The notes under the pieces were generated by a model, which saw nothing but the letters and a program-made list of their open reading frames with translations, was not told where the DNA came from and did not search any database. A stretch of 63,837 nt of DNA, counting the filler, from Octopus bimaculoides (Eukaryota), in assembly GCF_001194135.2 (NCBI RefSeq). It is 5 parts of 5 records of this genome, joined end to end, with 100 filler letters (N's around TTAATTAATTAA, not from the genome) between each part and the next. Parts side by side here need not be neighbours in the genome. Positions count along the whole stretch, not along the records: positions 17,527 to 40,923 come from NC_069005.1; positions 41,024 to 56,182 come from NC_068983.1; 3 more parts are not named here. One strand, written 5' to 3'. Made by a program: the position numbers and the translations under genes. Shown piece after piece: positions 40,180 to 53,700 of this stretch. Numbering within the stretch: position 1 is the stretch's first letter; each line of letters starts with the position of its first letter.

Positions 40180-40400
40180 AACGGAGCCAACCACTGGCGA
40201 AACTTAGCATAAGCGAAAGCGGGGTGTTGTAAAAACGCTCGTCTTAGTCTGTTTGTATCTTTGCAAAATTACTGGAAAACGGCTGAACGGATTTTCACCA
40301 AATTTGGCAGAAATACTCATTGGGTGAGTGACTCAAAATGATAAAAATTCGGTTTGATTATCTTTAAAACTGGCGGATGAGTGAATCAAAATGTTTAACT
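40180..40400 (+). mobile_element. Helentron/DINE-like non-autonomous element remnant
   Basis: aacggctgaacggattttcaccaaatttggca (40278-40309) resembles the HINE/DINE-1 core motif (from recall). Confidence 0.45.
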
Positions 40401-40923
40401 GTGCAGATGTTTTGCGAAAGAATTCATGTGCACAAAGGGTATGCATCGTTTGGCATATTCTTAGCTCAAGAATCTATTACTAGCACATAAAAACATATAC
40501 TATGTCTATTAAATACTATTTATCTTTCACCAGGAGTACTTTTTTTGTTGATCTTACGATCACAGAACAGTACACAATATATATATATATGTATTCGCAA
40601 TGATAGATCGCTAACCTCTACACACATTTTTTTCCTCTTTTTGTTTCTTTCTGTGTTCCCTTCTGTGGAAGAGCGTAGGCTCGAAACGTTAAAAACTTTT
40701 TAATTCCCGAGCATTATACTAATACATCTGTTTGTTTTCTACACCACCTGTCTTCGTATGTTGTTTGTTTTTGTGAATTCTCCCTATATATATATATATC
40801 TAGCATTTGATTCGACCCTCGTCTGCATGTGTATAGATCATGGTGTAAATATGCTCGTAGACACGTGTGGGTACATACATACATAGATGTGTATGTGTGT
40901 GTGCGTGTGTGTGTGTGTGTGTG

Positions 40924-41023
40924 NNNNNNNNNNNNNNNNNNNNNNNNNNNNNNNNNNNNNNNNNNNNTTAATTAATTAANNNNNNNNNNNNNNNNNNNNN
41001 NNNNNNNNNNNNNNNNNNNNNNN
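40924..41023. other. Artificial scaffold-joining linker
   Basis: 44N-TTAATTAATTAA-44N. Confidence 0.95.
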
Positions 41024-42394
41024 ATATATATATATATATATAACCATTTCATCACTTCATAACAGGAATAACTACAATAGTTTATTCTATGCATATAAAT
41101 ATTACAAACTAGAGACCAAATATGATTAAACTAGTCTTTTCTAAATCTGTTTGGTTTTCTTTCTTTGTCGGCTTTTTTGGCGTGGAGGTTGTCTATTTTG
41201 TTTTTATATATATATATGTATATATGTATGTGTGTGTCTGTGTGTCTGTGTGTGTGTGTGTGTGTGTGTGTTACTTTACACCTGCTAACCTATTTCTCTT
41301 TAAGATATCATTTCTAAAGACCCTTGTGTAAATTCCAATTTGTATTGACAATATTGTTTCGAAACTGTATTCATTTTAAGCTATTTCTCATCTTCTCACC
41401 TGAAGACTGCTAAACGTACATTCATTCGTCGATACTTGTAAACAAGCTAGCACCAAACTGCCTTGACGAAGAGCTATAAAAACATACAAGGTCTGTGATA
41501 TATGTCAATTTGTACTCCATGGTGATCATTGAAATATTTAATTCTCTTCAGTCATTAATTCGTTGTTGGCTCCTTTCGGTCGGAACTAACTGGTTATTTT
41601 GGTGTCTTTTGGGGTATTTGATTAAATAATCATGCTAATTTTAATCATCCAGAGATGACAATTTTACATTCAATGAAACGAGAGTAGAAATCGTTTCACC
41701 ACGCATAAATTACTCAGATTGTCAGTTCTGGGATTTATTTTTATTCTTTTCATTTTTCCCCCTTTTTTTTTTCTGAATTTAACATGTGCATAAGCCCAGA
41801 GTAATAATGAGTTTTTTGGTTTACGAAATGACCCTATACGATATTTAATTGCAATTACTCTTTATGATATTAAACACAATTTAAATTGAAAACTCACTGT
41901 TCCATTTTATTCGGAAGATTGGGGAATATGTTGTGATTGTTTCTTAATTCATTTCAAGAATATAATTTATACAGTAATCATACACGCTGGATAGACGATG
42001 GCTTCAGCTTCTAAAACATCCAGCTCCTAAAGTTTGTTAATTTTTGTTTACGTTTTTTTTTTTCTTTCTGTTTTTAACATGTCAGCGACGAAGACATTTT
42101 AGTCTTGCAGCCTTTTCATTATTTAGTAAAGAAAGGGGGAAAATATTTTTGAATAATTGTATTGTTGTTCAGTACCAGTTTATCTTTAATCGATGATCGT
42201 GGGTTACTGAATGGTTAAGATATTCAGCTCATGATCGTGAAGTCGTAGTTTCAATTGATGAGCAGGTATGTGCGCTGCATAGTTGATAGAGTTTCTTAAT
42301 TTCGCATTGCTTCTGCCTAATTAGCTATGATGGGTGCCAATTGGGTACTGGTGTCGTCATCTACTCCATCAGCTGCCACATTTCTTATAATTCT

Positions 42395-42610
42395 ACTGGG
42401 TCACGAATGTAAGTCCCGAGATAGTACTTGCATGTACTTATGAGTATAGATGTTTCTAAGACGCATTACTTGTTGCCAAGTCATAGTCTCTCTTGAACGG
42501 CGGTTGGATATAATATTCGGTAATCGAGCAAATGAATAAGGAAGTACATTTCTTCTATAAGTATACCATATCTTTTTGTTAGACACTGTATCTAATGCTA
42601 CCAATGTTTC
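42395..42610 (-). pseudogene. Highly degraded LINE RT remnant (CR1/L2-like)
   Basis: ALDTVSNKKIW...ISNRRSR...Q-STISGLTF resembles AFDTV.H...LSNR.Q.V...QGSILGPLLF. Confidence 0.35.
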
Positions 42611-43812
42611 AAGCAGAATAGGGTGGAATTTGATAGATATTTAACTTTTAAATCAAGCAATTCGTTAGTGTATTTTTATAATGTGTAAACTTCCAACGAA
42701 GATATTCAAATCATTCAAAGATTTCCATTAATTACTTACAACTCTATTTGCTCAGATGTATTATAAAATCATAGGAATAGAAAACCTCGCGGTTTTACTA
42801 TTGCGGAAAGCCTGTGGGGTTACTTACATATAAAAGTTGTTTCAATTTCAAAGAACAATAGAAGAAATACAGGAAAAAAATAGAAAAAGTACCTCAGACG
42901 GAAATAACATATTCAAAGATTTTTTTTCATTATTTAATGTTAACAGAATGTCAGTTAATCACATTTAGCTATTTATGTCTTGTGAATTTCTAACAAACGG
43001 ACAATTCTTTACCAATTTTCAAAGACGCCAATTGACTTGAATTTACAGATTCTTTCCTGATAATAAAAAATAAAATAAAATAAAAGATACCGTTCGTTCA
43101 TTCATAATTATTTAACAACTAGTCTCAATATTGTTTTCAATGAAAATATAAAACCGGGACAGTAATCGTCTGGCTGTCGCCCATTATTGATGAATATTTA
43201 ATATAGATGTTTTCCTTTTATAGATTCGAAATGTCATATTATGCCAGGAGTCTCTTACCATTTTAATAGCTAAAATCTAGTTTCGATTAAAATATAAAAT
43301 ATGAAAATAAAAGAAATGCATTTTTAAATGAACATTCAGGACTTATTTCAATCATTCTTATAATATATTGAAACTAGATATGAATAGAAATAATAAGTTA
43401 ATAAATATTGGAAACGGAATTATGAATATATATTAGATTTGTTAAATGTAATTGAAAATGATTGTGCAAAATTAGATTATAACTTAAAATATATTTGATG
43501 CTGAATGTTATGATTAAACAAACATGATGTTATATTGCCTCTCTTTAAACTATACTGTAGCCAACTGTAATATAAAATTATATCAATTTCAGAATTGTTT
43601 TATTGAATATACGCTGGCTTTCTAAAACACCTATCACTTCCTAATGATGTACAAAAGATTAAAGGCAATATATCTTCATTCATATATACCAGACAGGAAT
43701 AAAGTTCCTATTTAGTGATCTGTGACTCCTTACATAAGCAGGCATTGGCAGACACAATATATAAACACGACATTTCTCATATATATGTATGTGTATCTGC
43801 GCCTCTGTCTGC

Positions 43813-43891
<79 letters not shown>

Positions 43892-45164
43892 AACGCGGTT
43901 GCTTTGCCGGAAAGGTGTCCAATATTTATAGAGGATGTTGACTGAAACTATTGATTTAATTCATGGTTTAGTACTGTGTGAAGATGCTGAAAGGAGCTAC
44001 TTTCTGCATCACTTAAGTAACGTTCGAACTTGTTTCCAAGAATGCGTATTTTATGCATATCGGTGAATCCGATATGGTGGAACACTTAATAAAAATGACT
44101 AAATATACTATGCCTTTACGGACAGTGCGTGGCAGTGTATATGGTTTTTACAGGCTCTCCCAGTCGTGTGAATTGAATGCAATTAATGCTTTGCGTAAAC
44201 CGTTACAAGCTTACAAGTACAGGAAAGACATGGACAGAGATTTTAGGGGACCGATTTCTGGGAGGCTGATGTATTGAACGTAAAATGTACGACGACGATA
44301 AGTGCGAAGACCAGTGATTTAGAAGTGCCTAAGGTGAAAATTCAAGGACAGCCAGCAGCGAGAAACAGATACCATTACAAAAAAAAAAAATACGGGGTGG
44401 GTGGGGGGTCACTATATCTGTGGCCGATGTGCTTGAGCATGTCTGATATTACCTGAATGCTAGCCAATCGCGAGGTCCTTCTCAGAATACAATCCAGGAT
44501 GGAGGAACAGCACCGTCTAAGATACAGTTGTAGCAATCTATGGTGAAGCCCTACTTGAACCTTCTAAAGTCTCCGCAGCTTCTGGCCACCGGAATATTTT
44601 CTTCTCGTGAGGAAAAGGCGGAGTTCTTAAGATACTGCCCTTGCTTTCGCCTGGGTTCAGGCTCCTATTCACAGGTATCACTTTTGTCCTGACTGTTTAA
44701 TAGCAACTCCACTCAGAATGCAATCTCTGTAGGGTAAACGGTTTTCTGGCCGACGAATTGGGCTTGCACTTAATTTTATCAAACTGCGTGTCAGCAATAA
44801 CGACCATGGTAATATGACTTAACTATAAAATGTTGATCTAACTGTAAAATCCACCGTCTTTACCTCTTCAGATTATCATTTTTCTCAATGCCGAAATGTA
44901 CATTATTCAGCATACTCATGAGCAAAATGGGAATGATAGAAGTTAGCAGTATATCTAAAAAAAAAAAAACAACATATATATATATATATANNNNNNNNNN
45001 NNNNNNNNNNNNNNNNNNNNNNNNATATAAACAGGGAATAAATTCCCTGACTATTTAACTGATAGTTTATTTATCATCCCATAATGGACGAAAAGCAAAT
45101 TTAAAATCGAAGGTATTCTAATACGAGAATAAAGGAACAATCATTGCATGGCATATATGTAATG

Positions 45165-45203
<39 letters not shown>

Positions 45204-45205
45204 TA

Positions 45206-45243
45206 TACATTGATAAGAGGCAATACCTCGAAACTAGTCTGTA
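45206..45243 (+). ncRNA. Minimal type-I hammerhead motif with U3:A8 core variant
   Basis: taca TTGATAA gagg-caata-cctc GAAAC ta GTC tgta. Stems I and II are perfect, stem III is the palindrome ACTAGT, cleavage triplet GUC. Confidence 0.7.
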
Positions 45244-45309
45244 GATGTCAGACCAGCAAGGGGAAGCGGCTGATCTCCCCTGTTCTAAGATTATAACGAA
45301 CTCAGGTTC

Positions 45310-45452
45310 GTGTGTCACATAGCTAGCTAGAGGCGATGGCCTCCTGGAGCTAATCTACGGCAGCATTCGTCCTATTGTTTTGGACTGCCATGTTGGCTTG
45401 GCTATAACTTAATATCCAGTACCGGTGCCGTAGTCTCCTTTAGAGAGACTTA
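45310..45452 (+). repeat. Dispersed repeat; diverged inverted copy at ~55900-56040
   Basis: gtgtcacatag...gtagtctcctttagagagac versus ctctctaaaagagactac...ctatgtgacacac. Confidence 0.8.
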
Positions 45453-45888
45453 GAAATATTAATATATATATATATAGAGATAGATATGTGCCTGTTTGTG
45501 TATGCGGTATATCAGTGTATCTACCTACCAATGCTCTATTTTTAAACATTTGAAATAGTCCTACAAGGAAGGAGATAACTTCTTACAAAAATAAAATCCC
45601 CGTAGCTTAAATGTAAACAATAGAAGCACATTTATATTCTAAATTTGAGAAACGCTTTTCATATTTCTACTATTCTGCAATTTGCGTTGTTGTTATTAGT
45701 GTCAGCCATGGGCATGCAAAATGTCCTCAACATCGGCACGTCTTATGTTAATAGTGCCTTCTGTACTAATGTACGCTTATATACGGAAATACACACACGC
45801 CTACATAAGTGTGAACATGAGAATATTAGTGCGAAGATCTTTCAGTTTCTATCCTTCTCTTGATATATATAAATGTGTGTGTGTCTCT

Positions 45889-45933
<45 letters not shown>

Positions 45934-46344
45934 TGTTGTAGATATGGAAGCATGTTTATTATAAAAGGGCTACAAATGCACTAAGTATTTTAATATAGTG
46001 TTGTCGTGTTCAATTACTCAACTCGAATATAGTTGTACATCAGACTACAAGTCAGCTACAAGCATTGACAGATATTGGCGAAGCACTACTGAATATCCAT
46101 CATCTCATGTATATAACTTTCAGATATACACTTATTTCTCATTTAGGAACGAGTGAAATTATGTCTGCTGCTTCTTCACCAACATCATTATCATCTCATC
46201 TGCAACATCCAAAATACATTTTTCGCCTGTTTTCTTTATTTTTTCATACCTTCTCGATGTCACCATCTGTTTTCTTTTTCCTATCCCCCCACACATATAT
46301 GCATAAATATATACATACATATACATACATGCACACAGACAAAC

Positions 46345-46393
<49 letters not shown>

Positions 46394-47619
46394 NNNNNNN
46401 NNNNNNNNNNNNNNNNNNNNNNNNNNNNNNNNNNNNNNNNNNNNNNNNNNNNNNNNNNNNNNNNNNNNNNNNNNNNNNNNNNNNNNNNNNNNNNNNNNNN
46501 NNNNNNNNNNNNNNNNNNNNNNNNNNNNNNNNNNNNNNNNNNNNNNNNNNNNNNNNNNNNNNNNNNNNNNNNNNNNNNNNNNNNNNNNNNNNNNNNNNNN
46601 NNNNNNNNNNNNNNNNNNNNNNNNNNNNNNNNNNNNNNNNNNNNNNNNNNNNNNNNNNNNNNNNNNNNNNNNNNNNNNNNNNNNNNNNATATATATATAT
46701 ATATATATATATATATCTTATTCTCTCGACTTCTCTCCATCCATGTCTCTTGATCCATTTCCACCTCCTTCTTCTAAGCTTTCTTTATTTTCTGCTTAGC
46801 TTAACTTATTTTCTATCACATCGTAAGAAAAGTTTCTCTTTTAGATTGAATTCCCGAAGACGTAGCTTATGCCACTTTTTTTTTTCTATTCGAGATGAAT
46901 TTACGATCTTCTTTTGTATTTTTCATTTTTTTATTTTTTTAAAAATCAAGTAAGCAAAATATATTTGTCTGCCATGAAGAAACTTAACCAGCGCAGAATT
47001 CTACATGGGATATCACCTTTGCGCAGAAATCCAGACAGCATGAAAGAATTGGATGTCTTTAGTTACACGGTGTGTTCTATTTATTTACAATCTGTTCAAA
47101 ATCAGTGAAAGATCGATAACGCTACTGTGTATTTATAGTCAGAAATACTAAACTTAACACGAGATTCTAATGTTCAACAGACGGAGCAACTCTCAGTTGA
47201 CATTTATATTATATCTTATACATACGGGACACTATGGTTAAGATAACCTCTGGGTGTATATTTTGAGAAAATATGCAACAAAGAGGCAACATAGTCTCTC
47301 TTAGTGTTGATGTTTCTCAAAGAAGTTTTGAAAATCAAGGGAGATAAAAAAAATAGTAATTTATATCTTAGCATCTGCAACATTTTTAAACTGTCGTCTG
47401 TTTCTTTTACAGATGCATTTCAACGTCTCCTGGCTACGATTCAACAAAACAAAATGGATCGCAAATAATTGCTGTCAACAGGGTGATCATCATTAAAAGT
47501 GCACTCATACCCAAGGCATTTCCTCTGCATAAGATCGATTACCAAAACATTTCAATCACTAATATCTTCTAATTTTGAGACAGATTTGATGAGAAAAGGT
47601 AGGTTCATTACCAATCAAT

Positions 47620-48260
47620 CACTGGTAGAATAAGTACTAGTACATTACTGGCTCCTATTTTATCGACCCCGAAAGAGTGAAAAACAAAGCCAACTTTAGT
47701 GGGAGTTAAATTCAGAAGATAAAGTGCCAGAAGAAAGGTTAATAGATATCTTTCCAAACTTGCTAATGGTTCAGCCAGATCACCGCCAGTAATATTGGTC
47801 TCCAATTTTGGTACAAATTCATTAAGTTTTGGGGAGGTAGTAAGTTGTTTACATCGACTCCAGTGTTCAAGTGGTATTTATTTTATCGTAGCTGAAAGGA
47901 TGAAAGACAACATCAGCCTTGACGGAATTTTAACTGAGAATGTATAAAGATATAAAGATGAACGAAACGCTAATAAACATTTTGCTTGGCGTGTTTAACG
48001 ATTGTGTTAGTTCAGCGTCTTACTCACAGACACTAATATTCCTTTCTGCTATACACAGACACTAGGCCTTAGATTTCGAGGGACGGGCTAAATGGATTTA
48101 ATCGATCCGGCTACTCAAGTGGTGCTTATTTTATCAATCCCGAAATGATGAGAGGCGAAGTCAACCTCGGTAGAATTTTAACTAAGGACATATAAAAATG
48201 GACGAAATAGCGCTAAGCATTTTGCCAGGCGTGCTAACAATTCTACCAACTCACCGCCTT
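47620..48260 (-). mobile_element. Three diverged SINE family A copies (reverse)
   Basis: Repeated ttttatcgaccccgaaag / gaaaggatgaaag reverse cores. Confidence 0.75.
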
Positions 48261-49044
48261 GCTCACCGCCACTAATATTGCAACATAATTTGCACCCACA
48301 TCAATTACACCCGTATGAACGCAGTACGTATTTAAAATTTTCAATTTCTCTACCTCCATACCAAAGAGTAGTAGGGCCTACTTCAGAATTACCGATTCAA
48401 ATGTTCAAGAAAAGTAATTATTGTTAGAGTAAATGACGATGAAGATAAAAATTCGTAGCATAACTAGTCTACAGTGTAATAACAACTAAGTCCTGAGAAA
48501 TCAGATCGATGATGACAGGTGTGATAATTATGACCATTCTGTCTTTTTCTGAGGTGCATTCTACACAGGAATACACTGTGCACTGTGTTCTGTATTATTA
48601 AATTTACTAGAGAATTTGAGGCCGATTTCGTTGCTATTTCCGCCAGATAGATTGGTCACCTATAAACTTTCCTTGAGAACACTCATTAAGGCTCTGATTA
48701 ATCTACGCTTTGTAATGGTCATCAAGGAATATATCTAATCCCAATGTTCTGAATCAAAAATATATATTTCATGTTTTGTCATTGCGATGTGGAGATATCG
48801 ATGTTTGCTTTTATGCTAAGTTCTAATAAAATCAATTTTACATTTCAGTTTATGGAAAGATTTCTCAATCCTTTTTGTAAGATAGAAATTTATTTTTCTT
48901 TAACAAGAATGATACTGACGCTCACTTCGAGTGCGGCATATACATTTACGCATTATTTAAACAGAAGTCATCTCCATCTGAGAAAATATTAATGGCTGCG
49001 GTGAAGCAAAGGCCGGATATTTTTCATTGCAAATATACTATTTA

Positions 49045-49455
49045 CTCTTTTACTTGTTTCAGTCATTTTGACTGTGACCATGCTGGAGCACCGCCTTTTA
49101 GTCGAGTGAATCGACCACGGGACATATTCTTTGTAAGCCTAGTACTTCTATCGGTTTCTTTTGCCGAACCGCTAAGTTACGGGGACGTAAACACACCAGC
49201 ATCGGTTGTCAAGCGATGTTGGGGGGGGGGGGGGGCAAACAGACACACACGCACACACACACACATTATATACATATTTATATATATATATATATACACG
49301 ACAGGCTTCTTTCACTTTCCGTCTACCAAATCCACTCACAAGCCTTTGGTCGGCTTGAGACTAGAGTTGAAGACATTTGCCCAAGGTGCTACGCAGTGGG
49401 ACTGAACGCAGAACTATGTGGTTAGTAAGCAAGCTACTTACCGCAGAGCCACTCC
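49045..49455 (-). mobile_element. SINE family B
   Basis: Homologous to 11415-11845. Confidence 0.9.
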
Positions 49456-50824
49456 TACACTTATGTAAAACATTGTGAATAAATATACCTGTAAACGTTC
49501 GTTAACCAAAGCTAAAAACTTTTTTCTTTATGGCAAATGAATAATGGGAAAAGATATATTTAACACCCTGTCTGTATCACCTTTTAGCTTCCACCCGTTT
49601 TTGTTTATAAAATTTCAAACACAAAAATTTGCTATAAGACATTTGCCCAAATGGAGGGATTGAATTCTGTTACAGGTGATTTGTAGATGAACCTTCTAAT
49701 CGTTGAGATATACCCATGAAGTTAATTCAAGAATAGAAATGCTAATTTCAATAGATTTTCTAACATTTAGGATGAAGAAAATAACATTACTCAAACCATG
49801 AAGGGAAACACTGGTATTATTTCTACGCGTATTGGCGTAGATGTAATTTGACAGAAATATATTATCAACAGGAAATGTGTAAATGCGCTTATAATGGAAC
49901 AAAATTGAAGCATTTTACCACAACTATTTCCATAATGTAAATTAAGAAATAATAAACTAATGTCATTTATAAAATGATGAACAAATAGCTCGATCTAAAT
50001 TATTTCTATGCAATTCAAATTTTCTTCGATATTTTTAACTATTTTGGATTTCTCTTAGATTCTTATTTTAACATTGCATTAAAGTTTTCGAGACATTCAG
50101 TGAAATTATCATGGCTGCCATCAAAACTTTATATAAATTTATTGAGTAGTTTCTCTTGCCCATTCTGTGTTTCGTTCTTTAAAATGAAAATAAAATGGGT
50201 TTTTTTTTTCTTTTAATGACAGTCGAACATTGTACTTGGAATGTTTCAAAAATTAGCTTCTGCTATAGATTTTGAAATGCTATTGTTTGTCTTTTGTAGG
50301 AGAAATTTTGCTTCGCCAACCGAAGCAATTAAGGTTTATTTCTAGAAATGCAAATAAAGCAATGGGAAAAAAATATTACACGTAATTAGATTGAAGTTGC
50401 GAACATTAAAATGTAAATGTTAAAAATAATCAACTTTGAACAAAGAATCAGTTGCTGTTTAACTAACATCTGGCATTCCATAGAAATTCTGTCTAGCACA
50501 GCAAAATTCATCCTTTTGCAATTATCCGTATGGAAGAATATATTGCAATAGAACAACGTATAGTAATAGAATATTGACGCAAATACAAACCATACTCAGG
50601 ATTAGCGCCAGCTTTGTCGTACAGACATACGTATGTATCTAAAAATGTATGCATTTTTTATGCATGAATATGAATATATTTATATATATATATAAATATA
50701 TATAAACACACACACACACACACACACACACAAAGAGTGAGGTGAAAGTAATATTTTTTGATGCAATAGACTTTACTAGAATTTTTTTCACATACCCAAG
50801 ATTTAAATTCTACCCGTACACTTT

Positions 50825-51210
50825 TACTTTTACTTGTTTCAGTCATTTCACTGGGGCCATGCTGGAGCATGCCTTTACTCGAGCAAATCGACTCCAGGAC
50901 TTATTCTTTGTACACCTAGTACTTATTCTATCGGTCTCTTTTCCCGAACCACTAAGTTAGGAGATGTAAACACACCACCATCGGTTGTCAAGCGATCTTG
51001 GAGGGGGGACAATCACAGACACACAAACCTATACACACACACACATATATACATATATATACATTTATATGACGAGCTTCTTTCAGTTTCCGTCTACCAA
51101 ATCCACTCACAAAGCTTTGGTCGGCCCGAGGCTATAGTAGAAAACACTTGCCCAAGTTGCCAGGCAGTGGGACTGAACCCGGAACCATGTGGTTGGTAAA
51201 CAAGCTACTT
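50825..51210 (-). mobile_element. SINE family B
   Basis: Homologous to 11415-11845; the last part of the head is displaced to ~51330-51352 by intervening sequence. Confidence 0.88.
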
Positions 51211-52301
51211 TATTTCATACGAATTGGCCATTAAGGCCTTACAAAGAGGAGACAATCAAGGACAGACAAACAAATTAGCTGCGGGTTGGACACAGACATA
51301 AAGAAGATGAGGGTAATGACAAAAAACAACCTACTTACCACACAGCCACTCCTCTCGCCTATGTATATGTTGCCTTATCTATACATACATAAACATATAC
51401 ACACATATACATATATATGTGCTTGTATGTATATATGTATGTATGTACGTACATATGAATATATGTATGCATTTACGTACATATGAAGATATGTACGTAT
51501 GTATATAGATAGATAAACATGTATGCGGGATGGTATCAAAAGATACCCGGACTAGTTATGTTTAATAAAATATAACTTATTTACCTAAGAACTATGTGCC
51601 AGAACTAGGTGCAATTTGACATACCAAGAGGCATTAAGTATATTTACATATGTGAACTCATTATATATATATGATCTAGTATTCTAATATGTTGCATACT
51701 CGGCCAAAGTGACCCAAACCTTTAACACTTATGAAAATAATTGATGTATAAATAATGCGGTTGATCACGTCAGATATATCCCCAATGGTTTGGTCTATAT
51801 ATTATTGCTAAGGAGAGCTATATTTATAATAGTGAATGTAGTGGGTGCTAATTAAATGAATAACGCACTTTCATGGTTAATTATTTGGAGTGGTTTCAAC
51901 TTACGTCACTTCACTTAGTATGTATAGAAACCATATTTTATATGAATTGGAAGTGTGTGGCTCAGATTCGATTGAAAGGACAGGTTGCATGACAAAGACA
52001 GGTAAACAGCAATTTACAATATTGGTAATCTACTGTAGAAAGTTAGACGCGACAATATTATTGATTTAGTCAACTAATTATCGCAACCGACAACTCTAAT
52101 GTTATTAAAAATATAGAAAATCTATACTATAGTTATGTCTGAAGACTTAAAAATTGACTCATAAAAGAATTTGTTAACAATCAAATCACTTCACTGCTTA
52201 ACTTGTGTGGCGATGTTTGCAATGAACGTATGTTAAGAACAAACCAAAATGTATTACTACATTTGCTGTAACAAAGCAGAAGAGAAATATTACATGGTTA
52301 T

Positions 52302-53072
52302 CATTCATAGACTCAGTAATTAAAACAGCAGATGCGCAATATCTTCATTATTTAATTCTATAGTATCTGGTGTATTTTGTTTTGGTTCTTTTTTCTTTCT
52401 TTTATATATGGAATATGATATAGTTTGTCGTATCAATGGTAATCTTCAAGTTTAGGGGGATAAAAAAAATTAAAATATTCAAGGGAAATAACTGAACGAG
52501 TTACCAGTATTATCCGTTTTCTTCTAGCTGTTTATAAATAAATCACACTCTAACCCTAATCCTAACGTCAATCAAATCACGTGTGTGATTTATTTATAAA
52601 CAGAGATGTACGGAGAATACTGGTAAGACGTTCAGTTACTTCCCTTGAATATTTTTATTTATTTTTTTTATCCCCTAAACTTGAAGATTACCCAAACATA
52701 AAAATGTACACGCTTAGATATATTCATGTATAAAGAGACAACACCGGGATACATTACATGCATCCTTTTCTGCTGGTGGCACACACCAAAGAGTTCTTAG
52801 CTGGCAAGCATTGTGCCAGCTCTTCTCGAAGAGGGCGAGGGTTTCACGTGACCTATATTAGGTTCGCACTACCACCGCCGTCCTCTTCTCAAGGTCCTCA
52901 ACCCCATTGCTTGGGTGAGACAATTTCGCACTCTACAACATTGTTCTTGCTTTTTTTTTGCCATGTTCTTATTAAGAAAAAAGTTCAAAAACACTACACG
53001 AACATTTTTAAAAAGGAATTAAATAATGAAGATATTGCGCATCTGCTGTTTTAATTACTGAGTCTATGAATG
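52302..53072. repeat. Perfect 57-bp inverted repeat (52302-52358 / 53016-53072)
   Basis: cattcatagactcagtaattaaaacagcagatgcgcaatatcttcattatttaattc and its exact reverse complement. Confidence 0.93.
52438..52692. mobile_element. Palindromic MITE-like foldback (~110-bp arms)
   Basis: ggtaatcttcaagtttagggga...tcccctaaacttgaagattacc; loop contains taaccctaatcctaac. Confidence 0.85.
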
Positions 53073-53583
53073 GAAGTAAAAAAATCAAAAGAGAGTCTCA
53101 ACAAAAGGAAGAAAAAATAAAAACAACATTAGTTCAATAGAGAATATCACAAACGATAGCAGAAGAAAAATGAAAACAACAGTTCACAGCAAAAATTTTT
53201 CTGGGCACTCGTTAATCCAGACCTAATTGGTACTCCAACACGAACAAGGTATGCCACAACTTGGAACACAGCTTACCCACAAATTAGTAAAATAAAGTAG
53301 TGTCTTCCAATTTTTCACATTTTTTGTAACAAAATTTTTCACAAAAGGTGAACAAAATTGGGACGTAAAATATGCCTCAATAATTCTTAGAATTAAGTTG
53401 AAAAAAAAATCTATTCTCGTAACGTGAACAAACTTTTCAAAGCGAAATACGCCCACAACTTTTCACAATTAATTGAAAACATAAATTTTAACTCAGAAAA
53501 AACCAGAGCTGGGCACCATTTACTGAAAAAAATATTTCACATGCAATTAATACTGCCCATCTCCAAACAACAAAGTCACCTAC

Positions 53584-53700
53584 CTCGATGGACGTCCTTG
53601 GGTCTTAATTTTTGTTCTTTTTAGACCGGAGCTCACAGCTTACGTCCTCACTGTTCACACGACAAGCGGCGCATGCGCTGAAAGCTAGCCTCTTATCCCA
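53584..53700 (-). promoter_or_regulatory. Candidate promoter and non-coding first exon of a minus-strand gene
   Basis: Palindromic NRF1-type GCGCATGCGC at 53669-53678 in a locally CpG-rich patch; consensus-like donor GAG|GTAGGT on the minus strand at 53584/53583. Confidence 0.4.

Noticed and set aside
44120-44460. Possible RTE reverse-transcriptase remnant
   Set aside because: Only faint motif resemblance across several frameshifts; too weak to call.
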